Shown here: positions 1-8,544 of the stretch, one piece after another | Numbering within the stretch: position 1 is the first letter of the stretch | How the letters are laid out: each line of letters begins with the position of its first letter | Assembly (NCBI GenBank): GCA_035690945.1 | Contig: DASSJY010000003.1 | Coordinates: 8,900 to 72,899 of the forward strand | Length of the DNA: 64,000 bases | Reading direction: 5' to 3' | Origin: Gammaproteobacteria bacterium | GTDB taxonomy: Bacteria > Pseudomonadota > Gammaproteobacteria > Natronospirales > DASSBR01 | Notes under the pieces: generated by a model | What the model was told of the DNA's origin: nothing | What the model saw: the letters and a program-made list of their open reading frames with translations, nothing else | Databases searched by the model: none | Translations under genes and position numbers: made by a program

Positions 1-799
1 GGATATCGGTGTCAATTGCGCCAAATCCGCCTGCCGACGGAACATCCACGGTAATTTCCGAACTGAGCGCGGCCGCTCTTGTGCCGTCGGTAACGTCGCT
101 GGCCGTAATCGTGAAGGGCCCGGGCGCCTGGTTGAACTCGATAATGAACGTCACCGTCCCATTAACCAGCGTCGCATCGGCCGGCAACGTAGCGGTGCTG
201 TCGCTTGAAGTCAGGTGAATCGTATCGGCGACACCGGTCTGGACATTCCAATTCTCGTCGACCGCGTTGACTGTAATTTGAAAAACCTGGCCCACGATCT
301 GGTTCGACGCCACGCCGGTCTTGCCGGGGGAAACGCCCGGCGTCGCCGTTTCGCCCGGCACGACGATCTGCAAGGCCGACGCCGGTTGATTGACCTGTAC
401 CTGTATGCTCCCGCTAAACGTCGTCCAGGCTTTACAGCTGTTGCCCCGGATGTCCGAGCAACTCTGGTAGGAATAAGTGACCGTATAAGTTCCGACCGTA
501 GCGAACGTATGGGTGGCTGTCAGTTCCGCCTGCGAAAGGCTACACGGAGACACGTTGCTCGCATCGCTTGGCTGCGTCTGGCTGTCGCCGAAATTCCACT
601 GCGCGCCCTGCCATTGTCCATTGGCCTGGCAGCCGGACACCGTCGCGACAAGCGCGACAGGTGAATTGACATAGACGATTGCCGGAGAGGCCTGACCATT
701 GGCGGTAATCGAGATTGTGTCTGCCGCTGCCGTTGTGCTCCACGCCAGCGCGAGCATCGCGGCCACCGCGAGAACGAATTTCAGGCGTTTAGCTCGCAT
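1..799 (-). CDS. Secreted PKD/Ig-like repeat protein in the MshQ position of the MSHA locus (3' end runs off the window)
   Basis: Absent from the supplied ORF track because it has no stop inside the window. My translation of the minus strand from the ATG at 799-797 gives MRAKRLKFVLAVAAMLALAWSTTAAADTISITANG..., a Sec signal peptide. A PKD-like segment follows (NFGDSQ...ATHTFATVGTYTVTYSY), then Ig-like repeats (ITVNAVDENWN, FTITASDVTDG). The frame stays open to nt 1. The start overlaps the stop of the upstream MshP-like gene by 11 nt. Confidence 0.55.
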   Translation of the reverse strand, partial: MRAKRLKFVLAVAAMLALAWSTTAAADTISITANGQASPAIVYVNSPVALVATVSGCQANGQWQGAQWNFGDSQTQPSDASNVSPCSLSQAELTATHTFATVGTYTVTYSYQSCSDIRGNSCKAWTTFSGSIQVQVNQPASALQIVVPGETATPGVSPGKTGVASNQIVGQVFQITVNAVDENWNVQTGVADTIHLTSSDSTATLPADATLVNGTVTFIIEFNQAPGPFTITASDVTDGTRAAALSSEITVDVPSAGGFGAIDTDI

Positions 800-1214
800 T
801 GCTAATGGTCGTCTCGACATGCCGCGACACGTAGTCTGCGCTGCCGTAAACGCCGGCTGTCGCTGTTGCGCTGATCACGTAAAATTCCACATTGTCGCCG
901 CTGATTTTGTGGCTGCTCTCGATACACGTCACGCTGATCGTAAAAGCCGACAAGGTCGGTGCGGCGGGTTTGAACGCGGCAATCGGCGCCGTCGGACAGG
1001 CCTGATCCTGCAACGCGCGATAGGTTGCCCACTCGACGCCGCTGCGTGCCGCATTCAGCGCACGCATCTGCTGCACCGTCAGTACCGTCGTCTGATGCTG
1101 CACACCTCCCACCGTCAGAATATAGGCTCCGAGCGCGGCCATGACGGTGATAATGAACACCGCGATGACCAGCGCGAAGCCTTCTTGTGTCGGCTTACGG
1201 CGCATTGATGACAT
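789..1214 (-). CDS. mshP: MSHA biogenesis protein MshP-like (PilX-like N-terminal hydrophobic helix)
   Basis: ORF 789..1244. The N-terminus RRKPTQEGFALVIAVFIITVMAALGAYIL is a pseudopilin/PilX-type membrane helix. It lies after the MshO-like gene. The start is ambiguous (1244, 1214 or 1204); 1214 and 1204 overlap the upstream stop at 1195. Confidence 0.55.
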   Translation of the reverse strand: MSSMRRKPTQEGFALVIAVFIITVMAALGAYILTVGGVQHQTTVLTVQQMRALNAARSGVEWATYRALQDQACPTAPIAAFKPAAPTLSAFTISVTCIESSHKISGDNVEFYVISATATAGVYGSADYVSRHVETTISNAS

Positions 1215-2064
1215 GTACCTGTTCGAGCAACTGGACCGACTCACCCTGTCGCGCCAGTGTCAGGCTCACGGTCGCGACGCCGGCGCGTTGTGCCGTGCCG
1301 GGGCTGTAGGCGAAATTGCAGCCGGACACATCTTCCGCGGCGAGTGCACCGGTTGTGCCGAAGTCGCTGTTGGCGATCGGCTGCGTTGCCATGAGCGTGT
1401 AGCCGCTGTATCGCGTCAGCGTGTGTTGCGCAGCGTCGCAAACGTACGAGATCGGCCCATCCACGAAGTAAACGCGCTGGTCCGGCGAACGGTACGTGAA
1501 CTGGAACGGCGCGCTCAGCGTGACCTGCGTCTCGTCGGTGTCGGCGGCAGTGGCAACGGTTGTGGATGCCGGCGTGATGACGTTCGTATTGTCATAGGCA
1601 TTCGCGCCGCTGATGCCGACGTTGTAAATCACCAGCCGCGTGTCGGCGGGCAGCGATTGCGTCATTCCCGGCAGGACGTTGAACTGATCGTCCGGCTTGT
1701 TGAACTTCAATATCGCGTTGTCGCCGTTGTGATTCGGGCCCGGCCCGTCGCGGTAGCGCTCGCCGGCGACGACGTTGATCATCTCGATCGCGATGCGGCT
1801 GCCGTTGCTGGCCACGCGCACGCTGTTCGGAAGCGCCGCGCGAATGTCGCGCGCCATGCGCGACAGCGCCAGTGTCGTGTCGTCGACAAGAGCCGCGCGG
1901 CGTGTCTGGGCGTCATAGCCTTCGACGGTGTAATTGACGAATGTCGCGCCAATCGCTCCGATGATGCCGAGCACGATGATCACGATGATGATTTCGATCA
2001 GCGTGAAGCCGGATTGGGCGATCGGCGTTCGGGAAGCCGAATTCCATAGTGCCCCGGCTTTCAT
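1195..2064 (-). CDS. mshO: Prepilin-type N-terminal cleavage/methylation protein, MshO-like minor pilin
   Basis: Within ORF 1195..2541 only the part from MKAGALWNSASRTPIAQSGFTLIEIIIVIIVLGIIGAIG looks real (the class III signal G|FTLIE). The ATG at 2064 forms an ATGA overlap with the stop of the upstream gene (2061). The Arg-rich upstream extension is implausible as protein. Confidence 0.7.
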   Translation of the reverse strand: MKAGALWNSASRTPIAQSGFTLIEIIIVIIVLGIIGAIGATFVNYTVEGYDAQTRRAALVDDTTLALSRMARDIRAALPNSVRVASNGSRIAIEMINVVAGERYRDGPGPNHNGDNAILKFNKPDDQFNVLPGMTQSLPADTRLVIYNVGISGANAYDNTNVITPASTTVATAADTDETQVTLSAPFQFTYRSPDQRVYFVDGPISYVCDAAQHTLTRYSGYTLMATQPIANSDFGTTGALAAEDVSGCNFAYSPGTAQRAGVATVSLTLARQGESVQLLEQVHVINAP

Positions 2065-2531
2065 GGTTGCAGGTCCAGCCGGTAATCCGCCAGTACGACA
2101 TTCGCCATATCGCCGTGCGACACGGTGACCGTAATCAGCTTGGCGGGCGCACCGTTGAGTGTCGAATCGGCGACCGACACCTTGACCGCATAGCTGCCGA
2201 GACCGGTCATCGCCGTGCCGGTCTGGTCGCGCACGACATTGTCCGGGAGGCGGTTGTAGTCGGCGACGTCGTCGAATGTCGCGCGCGTCTCGCCGGTGTC
2301 GGAGCCGTCGGGGTCGGCATACGGTTTGCCGCTGATTTCCTCGATGTAGGCTTCGCCGATGGCGATCGCCTGCTGCTGCACCATCGGATCGCCGCTTGCC
2401 GAGATGACGCGGTTCAGCACCAGCAGCACGCCGACCAAAGCGATGCCTATGATGACGATGGCGACGATCAGTTCGATCAGCGTGACGCCGGCCTCCCTGC
2501 CTGCGCCCATCCTGGTCATGGCCGGCTTCAT
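2061..2531 (-). CDS. mshD: Prepilin-type minor pilin, MshD-like
   Basis: The leader is followed by GVTLIELIVAIVIIGIALVG (prepilin cleavage/methylation motif). The start overlaps the MshC-like stop by 4 nt. Assigned by position in the MSHA gene order. Confidence 0.7.
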   Translation of the reverse strand: MKPAMTRMGAGREAGVTLIELIVAIVIIGIALVGVLLVLNRVISASGDPMVQQQAIAIGEAYIEEISGKPYADPDGSDTGETRATFDDVADYNRLPDNVVRDQTGTAMTGLGSYAVKVSVADSTLNGAPAKLITVTVSHGDMANVVLADYRLDLQP

Positions 2532-3031
2532 TGCGTTTCAACGTAGCCGGTAGTGCCGACGATCTGAACCGCGGGCGCGCCGGTTATCGCGATCGTTGCA
2601 TCGCCGTCGGCCGCCCCCGTCGGGCTGAACGTGATCGGGCTGCGGCTCGGCGACAATGTCACGCCGTGCAGATTGTTTGAAGCGAATGGAACGTCGCCCA
2701 CCGGGTCGATCACGGGATCGGTAAACGCGCCGCTGTCGCAGGGCTGCGGCCGCTGCATCAGGCTGTAGCCGCCGCTCTGGATCTGCACCTGCACGGGGCA
2801 ATTGCTTGCAATGGCTTTTTTCTGCGCATAGCGCAGCGCACTGACGAGGCTGTCGTGGACACCGCGGGCATCGAATGCGTCGCGGCCCAGAAAGTGCGGG
2901 AGCGTCAAGCCCGCGAGAATGCCGACAATGATAATGACGGCGATGAGTTCGATCGTCGTGAAGCCTGCTTCAAAAGCAACAAGGCGGCACGTGGCCGCCT
3001 TGTTGTTGCCTCGTCGACGGCGGACTGCCAT
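2528..3031 (-). CDS. mshC: GspH/FimT-family pseudopilin, MshC-like
   Basis: AGFTTIELIAVIIIVGILAGL prepilin motif followed by SLVSALRYAQKKAI, typical of GspH/FimT. It lies directly after the pilin genes. Confidence 0.7.
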   Translation of the reverse strand: MAVRRRRGNNKAATCRLVAFEAGFTTIELIAVIIIVGILAGLTLPHFLGRDAFDARGVHDSLVSALRYAQKKAIASNCPVQVQIQSGGYSLMQRPQPCDSGAFTDPVIDPVGDVPFASNNLHGVTLSPSRSPITFSPTGAADGDATIAITGAPAVQIVGTTGYVETQ

Positions 3032-3045
3032 CTCCTGCTACCGGT

Positions 3046-3498
3046 TTATGCGCCGCAGTTGTCTTTGACGGTGATGGTCGGCGGTTCGCCGGCCGTCGAC
3101 GGCGCCGCGTAAGTGACCTGGCAGTCGGCGGGAGCCGCCGCGCCGTCGCCTTTCAACCAGAATTTACCGCTGGCGTGCTGAAAACTGTCGACATCCTGTA
3201 GCGCCGCCGCAATGCCGGTGCTGGTGGCGGAAGGATACCCGAAGGTGAGGCTGACGGTCGCCCCATCCATGGTTATCGCCGTGGGGGCCGCCGCCGTGCC
3301 GCTGCCGTCTTTAACGATGTAGGCAGCATGCGCCAGAGCGGACGCCGCCTTGATGCTGCCGCTGAGGCCGTCGATGGTGGCTGCGCGTGCGCTGCTGGTC
3401 AGATTGATGAAACGCGGCACCGCGAATGCCGCCAGAATCCCGAGAATAATAATCACCGTGACCAGTTCGATCAGGGTAAAGCCTTGTTGCTTGCTCAT
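3046..3498 (-). CDS. mshA: MSHA-type pilin (second of two tandem paralogues)
   Basis: The ATG at 3498 gives MSKQQGFTLIELVTVIIILGILAAFAVPRF, a short leader plus G|FTLIE. A C-terminal Cys pair (ADCQ...DNCGA) could form the disulfide loop. The N-terminal 45 aa are nearly identical to the upstream pilin. Confidence 0.8.
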   Translation of the reverse strand: MSKQQGFTLIELVTVIIILGILAAFAVPRFINLTSSARAATIDGLSGSIKAASALAHAAYIVKDGSGTAAAPTAITMDGATVSLTFGYPSATSTGIAAALQDVDSFQHASGKFWLKGDGAAAPADCQVTYAAPSTAGEPPTITVKDNCGA

Positions 3499-3630
3499 TT
3501 CCGCACCCTTTGCGTGGAGCTGCGTCCGCTCCCCTCCGAGCCTATGAATATCGCCGCCGGAACTTGACTGCTCAAGACCGAGTCTGACAGGCGGCAAGCC
3601 GGGCGGGACAAGCGGTTTCGCCGGTGGCAA

Positions 3631-3665
3631 ACCAAAAGGCCGCTGGACAACGTTCAGCGGCCTTT
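3631..3665 (-). terminator. Rho-independent terminator/attenuator after the first pilin gene
   Basis: The minus strand reads GGCCGCTG-AACGTTGTC-CAGCGGCC followed by TTTTGGTTTG, starting 7 nt after the pilin stop codon (3672). Stem arms are at 3638-3645 and 3655-3662. Confidence 0.55.
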
Positions 3666-3671
3666 CCCGCC

Positions 3672-4121
3672 TTAACCGCAATCGCTCGTGTCAATTGCGA
3701 TTGCCGCCGTAGCGCTTGCCGTCGTCGGCTCCGTGTAGCTGACTTCGCAGTTGTCGTGACTGGTAAGAGTCTTCAGGAACAGCGTCGTCGTCGTGCCCGC
3801 GGTACTGCCGGCAAAACCTTGCGTACTTTGCAATGCGGCGACGATGCCGGTGCTGGACGCCGTTGGATATCCCCACTTCATGTCGATATTGACGCCGTCC
3901 ATTTTTACCGGCGAACTGGTGGTCGAAACGCCGTTTGCCACGGCTACCGAGTGTGCCAGCGCCGCCGCCGCCTGCACGCTGCCACCCAATCCTTGAGTCG
4001 CGGCCGCGCGCGCCTGCGTGGACAGATCAATAAACCGCGGCACCGCAAATGCCGCCAGGATCCCCAGGATAATAATTACCGTGACCAGTTCGATCAGGGT
4101 AAAACCCGCTTGTTTCTTCAT
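3672..4121 (-). CDS. mshB: MSHA-type pilin (first of two; probably the major, highly expressed subunit)
   Basis: The ATG at 4121 gives MKKQAGFTLIELVTVIIILGILAAFAVPRF with a C-terminal Cys pair (DNCE...SDCG). It has its own promoter-like element upstream and a terminator hairpin downstream. The mshB/mshA naming is by position only. Confidence 0.8.
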   Translation of the reverse strand: MKKQAGFTLIELVTVIIILGILAAFAVPRFIDLSTQARAAATQGLGGSVQAAAALAHSVAVANGVSTTSSPVKMDGVNIDMKWGYPTASSTGIVAALQSTQGFAGSTAGTTTTLFLKTLTSHDNCEVSYTEPTTASATAAIAIDTSDCG

Positions 4122-4242
4122 GATTAGCCCCTTGCTGGGAGCCGCAGCTCCCGAAATTTTTCCGGGTCGGCGCGCAGAACGGACCGCAGTCCGCCGTCGC
4201 GCTGCCTGGACCATCCGCCTCAAGTCATGAAACGGCATAGGG

Positions 4243-4271
4243 TAAATACTAGATTAGCCGCCATATGTCAA
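4243..4271 (-). promoter_or_regulatory. Sigma70-like promoter for the pilin genes
   Basis: The minus strand reads TTGACA-N17-TATTTA (-35 at 4271-4266, -10 at 4248-4243), about 120 nt upstream of the pilin ATG. Confidence 0.45.
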
Positions 4272-4320
4272 GCACTTTCCGTAGTTTGGTCGATAACAGC
4301 TTGTTTTTCCTGACAAATGG

Positions 4321-4929
4321 CTATCGCACCAGCAATGCCAGCGCGAGGCTGGCCAGCGTGTACACTCCGCCGACCGTCAGGAACAGCCCGATCCGGCGCG
4401 GATGCGCGACCGCCGGCCGGGGCCGTGGCGGCAACTTGCGTTTCGGTGGATTGACCCAGCGGTTCGCTTCCTGCTCCAGCGGTTTGAGCAAGCTCGGCCG
4501 GATCAGCACGATGCAGCCGAAGGCAAACGCAAACACGCTGCCGAACATCAGCATCGCGCGGCAGCTTTCGATCAGCACCAGGACGTACTCGTGCAGCGTG
4601 ACGCCCAGCGCCGCGGCGATGTGGCGGCTGTCGCCCAGCGTCATCAACACGACGATGATGTACAGCGAACCGACCAGCATCAGGCTGCCGAGCGCGCGGT
4701 GGTGCCGATAAAAAAAGCGTTCCCAGTACCACACCTTTTGCAGCGGTGCGAGCTTTTCGTCGATATCGTAGTAGCGGTCGAATCGTATTGTTATCGCGAC
4801 CGCCCGCGCCGGTGCCAGCAGCAGACCGAGGCCGACAACCAGCGCCGCCGCCGCGCCCAGCGTCAGCGATGCCAGGGCAGCTTGCGTCAGCGTGGCTTCA
4901 ACTGCCGAAGCCCAGGGCAGGGCCGTCAT
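4321..4929 (-). CDS. Polytopic inner-membrane protein of unknown function, inserted between mshF and the pilins
   Basis: 202 aa with 4-5 hydrophobic helices (LGAAAALVVGLGLLLAP, LMLVGSLYIIVVLM, MLMFGSVFAFAFGCIVLI, IGLFLTVGGVYTLASLALALLV). Its ATGA start/stop overlap with the MshF-like gene suggests translational coupling. I recognise no family motif. Confidence 0.5.
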   Translation of the reverse strand: MTALPWASAVEATLTQAALASLTLGAAAALVVGLGLLLAPARAVAITIRFDRYYDIDEKLAPLQKVWYWERFFYRHHRALGSLMLVGSLYIIVVLMTLGDSRHIAAALGVTLHEYVLVLIESCRAMLMFGSVFAFAFGCIVLIRPSLLKPLEQEANRWVNPPKRKLPPRPRPAVAHPRRIGLFLTVGGVYTLASLALALLVR

Positions 4930-5501
4930 CGGCCGCTCCCGTTGGTCGTCCAGCGAAACGGCGCGACCGGCACAAAGTCGACCCCGTACAGCGTGTCGCG
5001 GCCAGCGTCGTAGCGGCCGTCGCCATCGGCGTCGCGGTAACGCAGCCGGATGGTGAATTCCGCCCGCGGGGGTCCGCTGAGCGTGGTCTCGAACGCATCG
5101 GTATGTTTGACGCGATAAACGAGGAAGCCGGAGCGCATGTCGAAGTACCAGTGGCCGGGCGGGATTTGCGCGGGATCAGGGTCGTCGAGGGCGCCAAGGT
5201 AGTTCGGCGGGCGCGTCTGCAACAGATTCATCGGGTTGCTGGCGGCGAGGCCGGCCGCGGCGGCGAGCTGGCCCTTGACAACACGGCTGGCGACCGCGAG
5301 CCCGACCGCCGCGCGAATCTGCCCTTCGACCTGCTCGACGCCGGTCTGCTCCGCCTGCACCATCAGCGCGTCGGCGCGTTCGATCAACACGCCGATCAGT
5401 GCGCCGATAATGATGACGGCGATGGCAAGTTCGAGCCGCGACAGGTGACGCCGCCGGCGGCGAACAGCCAACGTCTGATCCAATTGCATGCCATTTTTCA
5501 T
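4926..5501 (-). CDS. mshF: MshF-like protein (pseudopilin-like N-terminal helix)
   Basis: The ATG at 5501 (MKNGMQLDQ...) is preceded by GGGGAGG. It carries the hydrophobic helix LSRLELAIAVIIIGALIGVLI and lies directly after mshG, as in the canonical MSHA order. Confidence 0.55.
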   Translation of the reverse strand: MKNGMQLDQTLAVRRRRRHLSRLELAIAVIIIGALIGVLIERADALMVQAEQTGVEQVEGQIRAAVGLAVASRVVKGQLAAAAGLAASNPMNLLQTRPPNYLGALDDPDPAQIPPGHWYFDMRSGFLVYRVKHTDAFETTLSGPPRAEFTIRLRYRDADGDGRYDAGRDTLYGVDFVPVAPFRWTTNGSGR

Positions 5502-5551
5502 TCGAATTTTTGCCTCCCCGATTGTTCTTGTTTCTTTTCGTCGCCCCCTCG

Positions 5552-6784
5552 CTAACGATGCGCCAGTCGGCTGATGTCCCACATCGGCAGGAAGACACCC
5601 AGTGCCAGGATCAGCACCATGCCGCCGAGCACCACGATCAGGACCGGCTCGATCGCCGCGCTCAAATTCTGCAGTTTGTATTCAACTTCACTTTCGTAGA
5701 AATCGCCGACTTCGTCGAGCATGTCGTCGATCGTGCCGGTTTCCTCGCCGACCATCAGCATTTGCAGCACCAGTGGCGGGAACAGGCCCGCGGCGGCGGC
5801 GGTGTGGCTGAGCGATTCGCCTCGCTCGACTCCGGTGCGCATGGCGAGCACGCGCTCGCACAGCCAGTGGTTGCCGAGCGCCTGACCGGTCAGCGTCAGC
5901 GTCGAAATCAGTGGCACGCCGGCACGGTAGGCCATCGCGAAGCCGCGCGCGAAACGTGCCAGCGCGGAGCGCAGTACGATGTCGCCGACAATCGGCATTT
6001 TCAGCATCCACTTGTCCCACCGGTAGCGACCGGGCTCGGTGTTGCGCCACAGCTTGAGTGCCGCAGCCGCGCCGATCAGCGCGGCGAGGACGATCGGCCA
6101 GTCGTGGCTCGCGAAGTTCGATACGGCGAGAATCACGCGTGTTGGCCACGGCAGCGCGATGTCGAAATGGCCAAACAGCGTGGCAAACTTCGGAATCACG
6201 AAGGTCGTCAGAACCGCGATCGCCACCGACACGAAACAGATCACGATGATCGGGTAACGAAACGCGGTGCGAATCCGCCGCCGGGTGTCCTTGTCGAAGC
6301 TCAGGTATTGCGCCAGGCGCTGAAACGCCTCCTGCAGATTGCCGGAGTTTTCGCCGACGCGAACGATGTTCACGTAGAGCTGCGAGAAGATCTTCGGATG
6401 CCGCGCCAGCGTACCCGCCAGATCGCGGCCCATCGCGAGCGACTCGACCACGGCGCGAATGGTGTCGCGCAACATCGGGCTGTGTGTCGACGCGGCGAGC
6501 CCCGACAGTGCGCGCACCAGTGGCACGCCGCCTTTCGTCAGGCTGTACATCTGGCGGCTGAACAGAATCAGGTCGTCGAGCGCCGGCCGGTCGCGCAACA
6601 GCAGTTTGCGGAAGCCGCCGAGATGGATGTCGCGGCTGGCGGCGCGCACGGCGGGATTGATGTCGATCGGCGTGACACCGATGTTGAACAACTGGTCGGC
6701 GACCGCCTCGGCGCTATCGGCTTCCAGCCGGCCGTTGATCAGTTCACCGCGCGCGGTACGCCCCTTGTAGTGAAAGACCCCCAT
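5552..6784 (-). CDS. mshG: Type IV pilus platform protein, GspF/PilC family (MshG)
   Basis: 410 aa with a duplicated T2SS-F domain, three TM segments, and the C-terminal LIVVLGGMVLILALGVFLPMWD typical of PilC/GspF. Its start overlaps the mshE stop at 6784. Confidence 0.9.
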   Translation of the reverse strand: MGVFHYKGRTARGELINGRLEADSAEAVADQLFNIGVTPIDINPAVRAASRDIHLGGFRKLLLRDRPALDDLILFSRQMYSLTKGGVPLVRALSGLAASTHSPMLRDTIRAVVESLAMGRDLAGTLARHPKIFSQLYVNIVRVGENSGNLQEAFQRLAQYLSFDKDTRRRIRTAFRYPIIVICFVSVAIAVLTTFVIPKFATLFGHFDIALPWPTRVILAVSNFASHDWPIVLAALIGAAAALKLWRNTEPGRYRWDKWMLKMPIVGDIVLRSALARFARGFAMAYRAGVPLISTLTLTGQALGNHWLCERVLAMRTGVERGESLSHTAAAAGLFPPLVLQMLMVGEETGTIDDMLDEVGDFYESEVEYKLQNLSAAIEPVLIVVLGGMVLILALGVFLPMWDISRLAHR

Positions 6785-8541
6785 CAGCCGGCTTCCGCTT
6801 CCTCCGCCGCAGGCACGTCGCGCAGTTCATCGAGACCACCGGCCAGCCGCAGCACCTCGTCGAGCGAGGTGATGCCGGCGATCGCGTAGTTGAGCGCGCA
6901 AGCCAGCAACGGCTTGAACGCGGGCCGGTTGCGTGCCGCGGCGGCGAAGCCGGCGGCATCGTCACGGCGCAGCGCATCGGCGAGCTCGGCGTCGATCTCC
7001 AGCAGTTCATACACGCCCACGCGTCCGCGGTAGCCGCTATTGCTGCAGTAGGCACAACCGCGGCCGCGCCGCAGCTTGAAGCTGCGCCCGCCGGCCAGCG
7101 CATGCAGCCACGCCAGTTCCTGACCGCTCGGCTGATGCGGCTCGGCGCAGGCATCGCAAACGCGGCGCACAAGCCGCTGCGCAATTACACCATTGAGCGC
7201 CGCGGCGATCAGGTAGCCGGGGGCACCCATGTCGCGCAGCCGGTTGACGGTCGAAATCGCGTCGTTCGTGTGCAGGGTGGACAGCACCAGATGGCCGGTC
7301 ATCGCCGCGCGCAGCCCGACTTCAACGGTTTCACCGTCACGCATTTCGCCGACCATGATCACGTCCGGATCCTGGCGCAGCGCGGTGCGCAGCACGCGCG
7401 CGAAATCGAGCCCAATGCGCGGCTGCACCTGCACCTGGTTGATGCGGGGCAACCGGTATTCGACCGGGTCCTCGACCGTGATGATCTTGCGCGCGGGCGT
7501 ATTGATCCGGTTGAGCGCCGCGTACAGCGTCGTCGTCTTGCCGCTACCGGTGGGGCCGGTAACCAGCAGCATGCCGGTCGGCCGGTTGATCAGCCGCCGG
7601 AACCCCGGCAGCATGTCCTGCGGCATGCCCAGCTCGTCGAGCGCGAGAACGCTCGCCGACTCGTCGAGCAATCGCATCACGACGGCTTCGCCATGCTGTA
7701 CCGGCATCGTCGCGACACGCACATCGAGATTGCGATTGTTGACCTTGATGTTAAAGCGCCCGTCCTGCGGCAGCCGCTTTTCCGAAATGTCGAGACCCGC
7801 CATCAGCTTGAGCCGCGTCACCAGCGCCTGCGTAACGCGTGCGCCTTCGATTACCTGCTCCTGCAATACGCCATCGACGCGCTGGCGCACGCGCAGCGCA
7901 CCCTCGTCGGGCTCGATGTGAATGTCGGAGGCGCGAATCTGCACCGCATCCTCGAACATCGACTGCAACAGCTTGATGACCGGCGCATCGACGATCTGAT
8001 GTTGCGCGACAAGCTGCTCGAGATCGTAATCGCTTGATGACAACTCCTCGCCCAGCGCTTCGGCCAGCGACGTGATCTCGGACGTACGCCGGTACACCAG
8101 GTCGATTGCTCGCAACAGATCCGATTCGCGCACCAGCGCCTGGTGAATCGGGGCTTTCAGAATGCGCGACAGCTCGTCGAATGCAAAAATATCGGTCGGA
8201 TCGGCCATGCCGATCAGTGCGTGGTCCGGCCTGAACTCCAGCACCATTGCCCGATAGCGGCGCGCATGCATCTCCGGCAGGCGTCGTACCGTGTCCGGGT
8301 TGAACTGATAATGCTTGAGATCGATAACCGGGATATCGAGCTGGCGCGAGAGCAGCTGCAGCAGGTTGTCTTCTTCGACGAAACCGAGGTCGATCAACAC
8401 CCGGCCGAGTTTGCGGCCGCTGCGCTTCTGTTCGGCGAGCGCCTGCTGCAGCTGATTTTCCGAAATCAGCCGATGGTTGACCAGCAAATCGCCGATACGC
8501 AGTTTGTGACGTTCACGTCTCACAGATTGAGACTCTCCCAT
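6784..8541 (-). CDS. mshE: MSHA pilus extension ATPase MshE (GspE family with N-terminal MshEN c-di-GMP-binding domain)
   Basis: Walker A is GPTGSGKTT. Tetracysteine motif CDACAE...CAYCSNSGYRGR. The N-terminus carries two tandem 24-aa MshEN-type motifs: RIGDLLVNHRLISENQLQQALAEQ and KLGRVLIDLGFVEEDNLLQLLSRQ. Confidence 0.9.
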   Translation of the reverse strand: MGESQSVRRERHKLRIGDLLVNHRLISENQLQQALAEQKRSGRKLGRVLIDLGFVEEDNLLQLLSRQLDIPVIDLKHYQFNPDTVRRLPEMHARRYRAMVLEFRPDHALIGMADPTDIFAFDELSRILKAPIHQALVRESDLLRAIDLVYRRTSEITSLAEALGEELSSSDYDLEQLVAQHQIVDAPVIKLLQSMFEDAVQIRASDIHIEPDEGALRVRQRVDGVLQEQVIEGARVTQALVTRLKLMAGLDISEKRLPQDGRFNIKVNNRNLDVRVATMPVQHGEAVVMRLLDESASVLALDELGMPQDMLPGFRRLINRPTGMLLVTGPTGSGKTTTLYAALNRINTPARKIITVEDPVEYRLPRINQVQVQPRIGLDFARVLRTALRQDPDVIMVGEMRDGETVEVGLRAAMTGHLVLSTLHTNDAISTVNRLRDMGAPGYLIAAALNGVIAQRLVRRVCDACAEPHQPSGQELAWLHALAGGRSFKLRRGRGCAYCSNSGYRGRVGVYELLEIDAELADALRRDDAAGFAAAARNRPAFKPLLACALNYAIAGITSLDEVLRLAGGLDELRDVPAAEEAEAG

Positions 8542-8544
8542 CGT

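Noticed and set aside
9-1208. Plus-strand ORFs 9..218, 215..664 and 699..1208, and minus ORF 540..743
   Set aside because: The minus-strand frame from 799 to 1 gives a coherent secreted PKD/Ig protein. The listed ORFs are Arg-rich with no features.
4138-4153. GGGAGC-CGCA-GCTCCC hairpin followed by GAAATTTTT on the plus strand, considered as a plus-strand terminator
   Set aside because: No plus-strand gene ends upstream of it. On the minus strand it lies in the pilin 5' UTR, so it is more likely a leader structure. It is mentioned under the pilin finding only.
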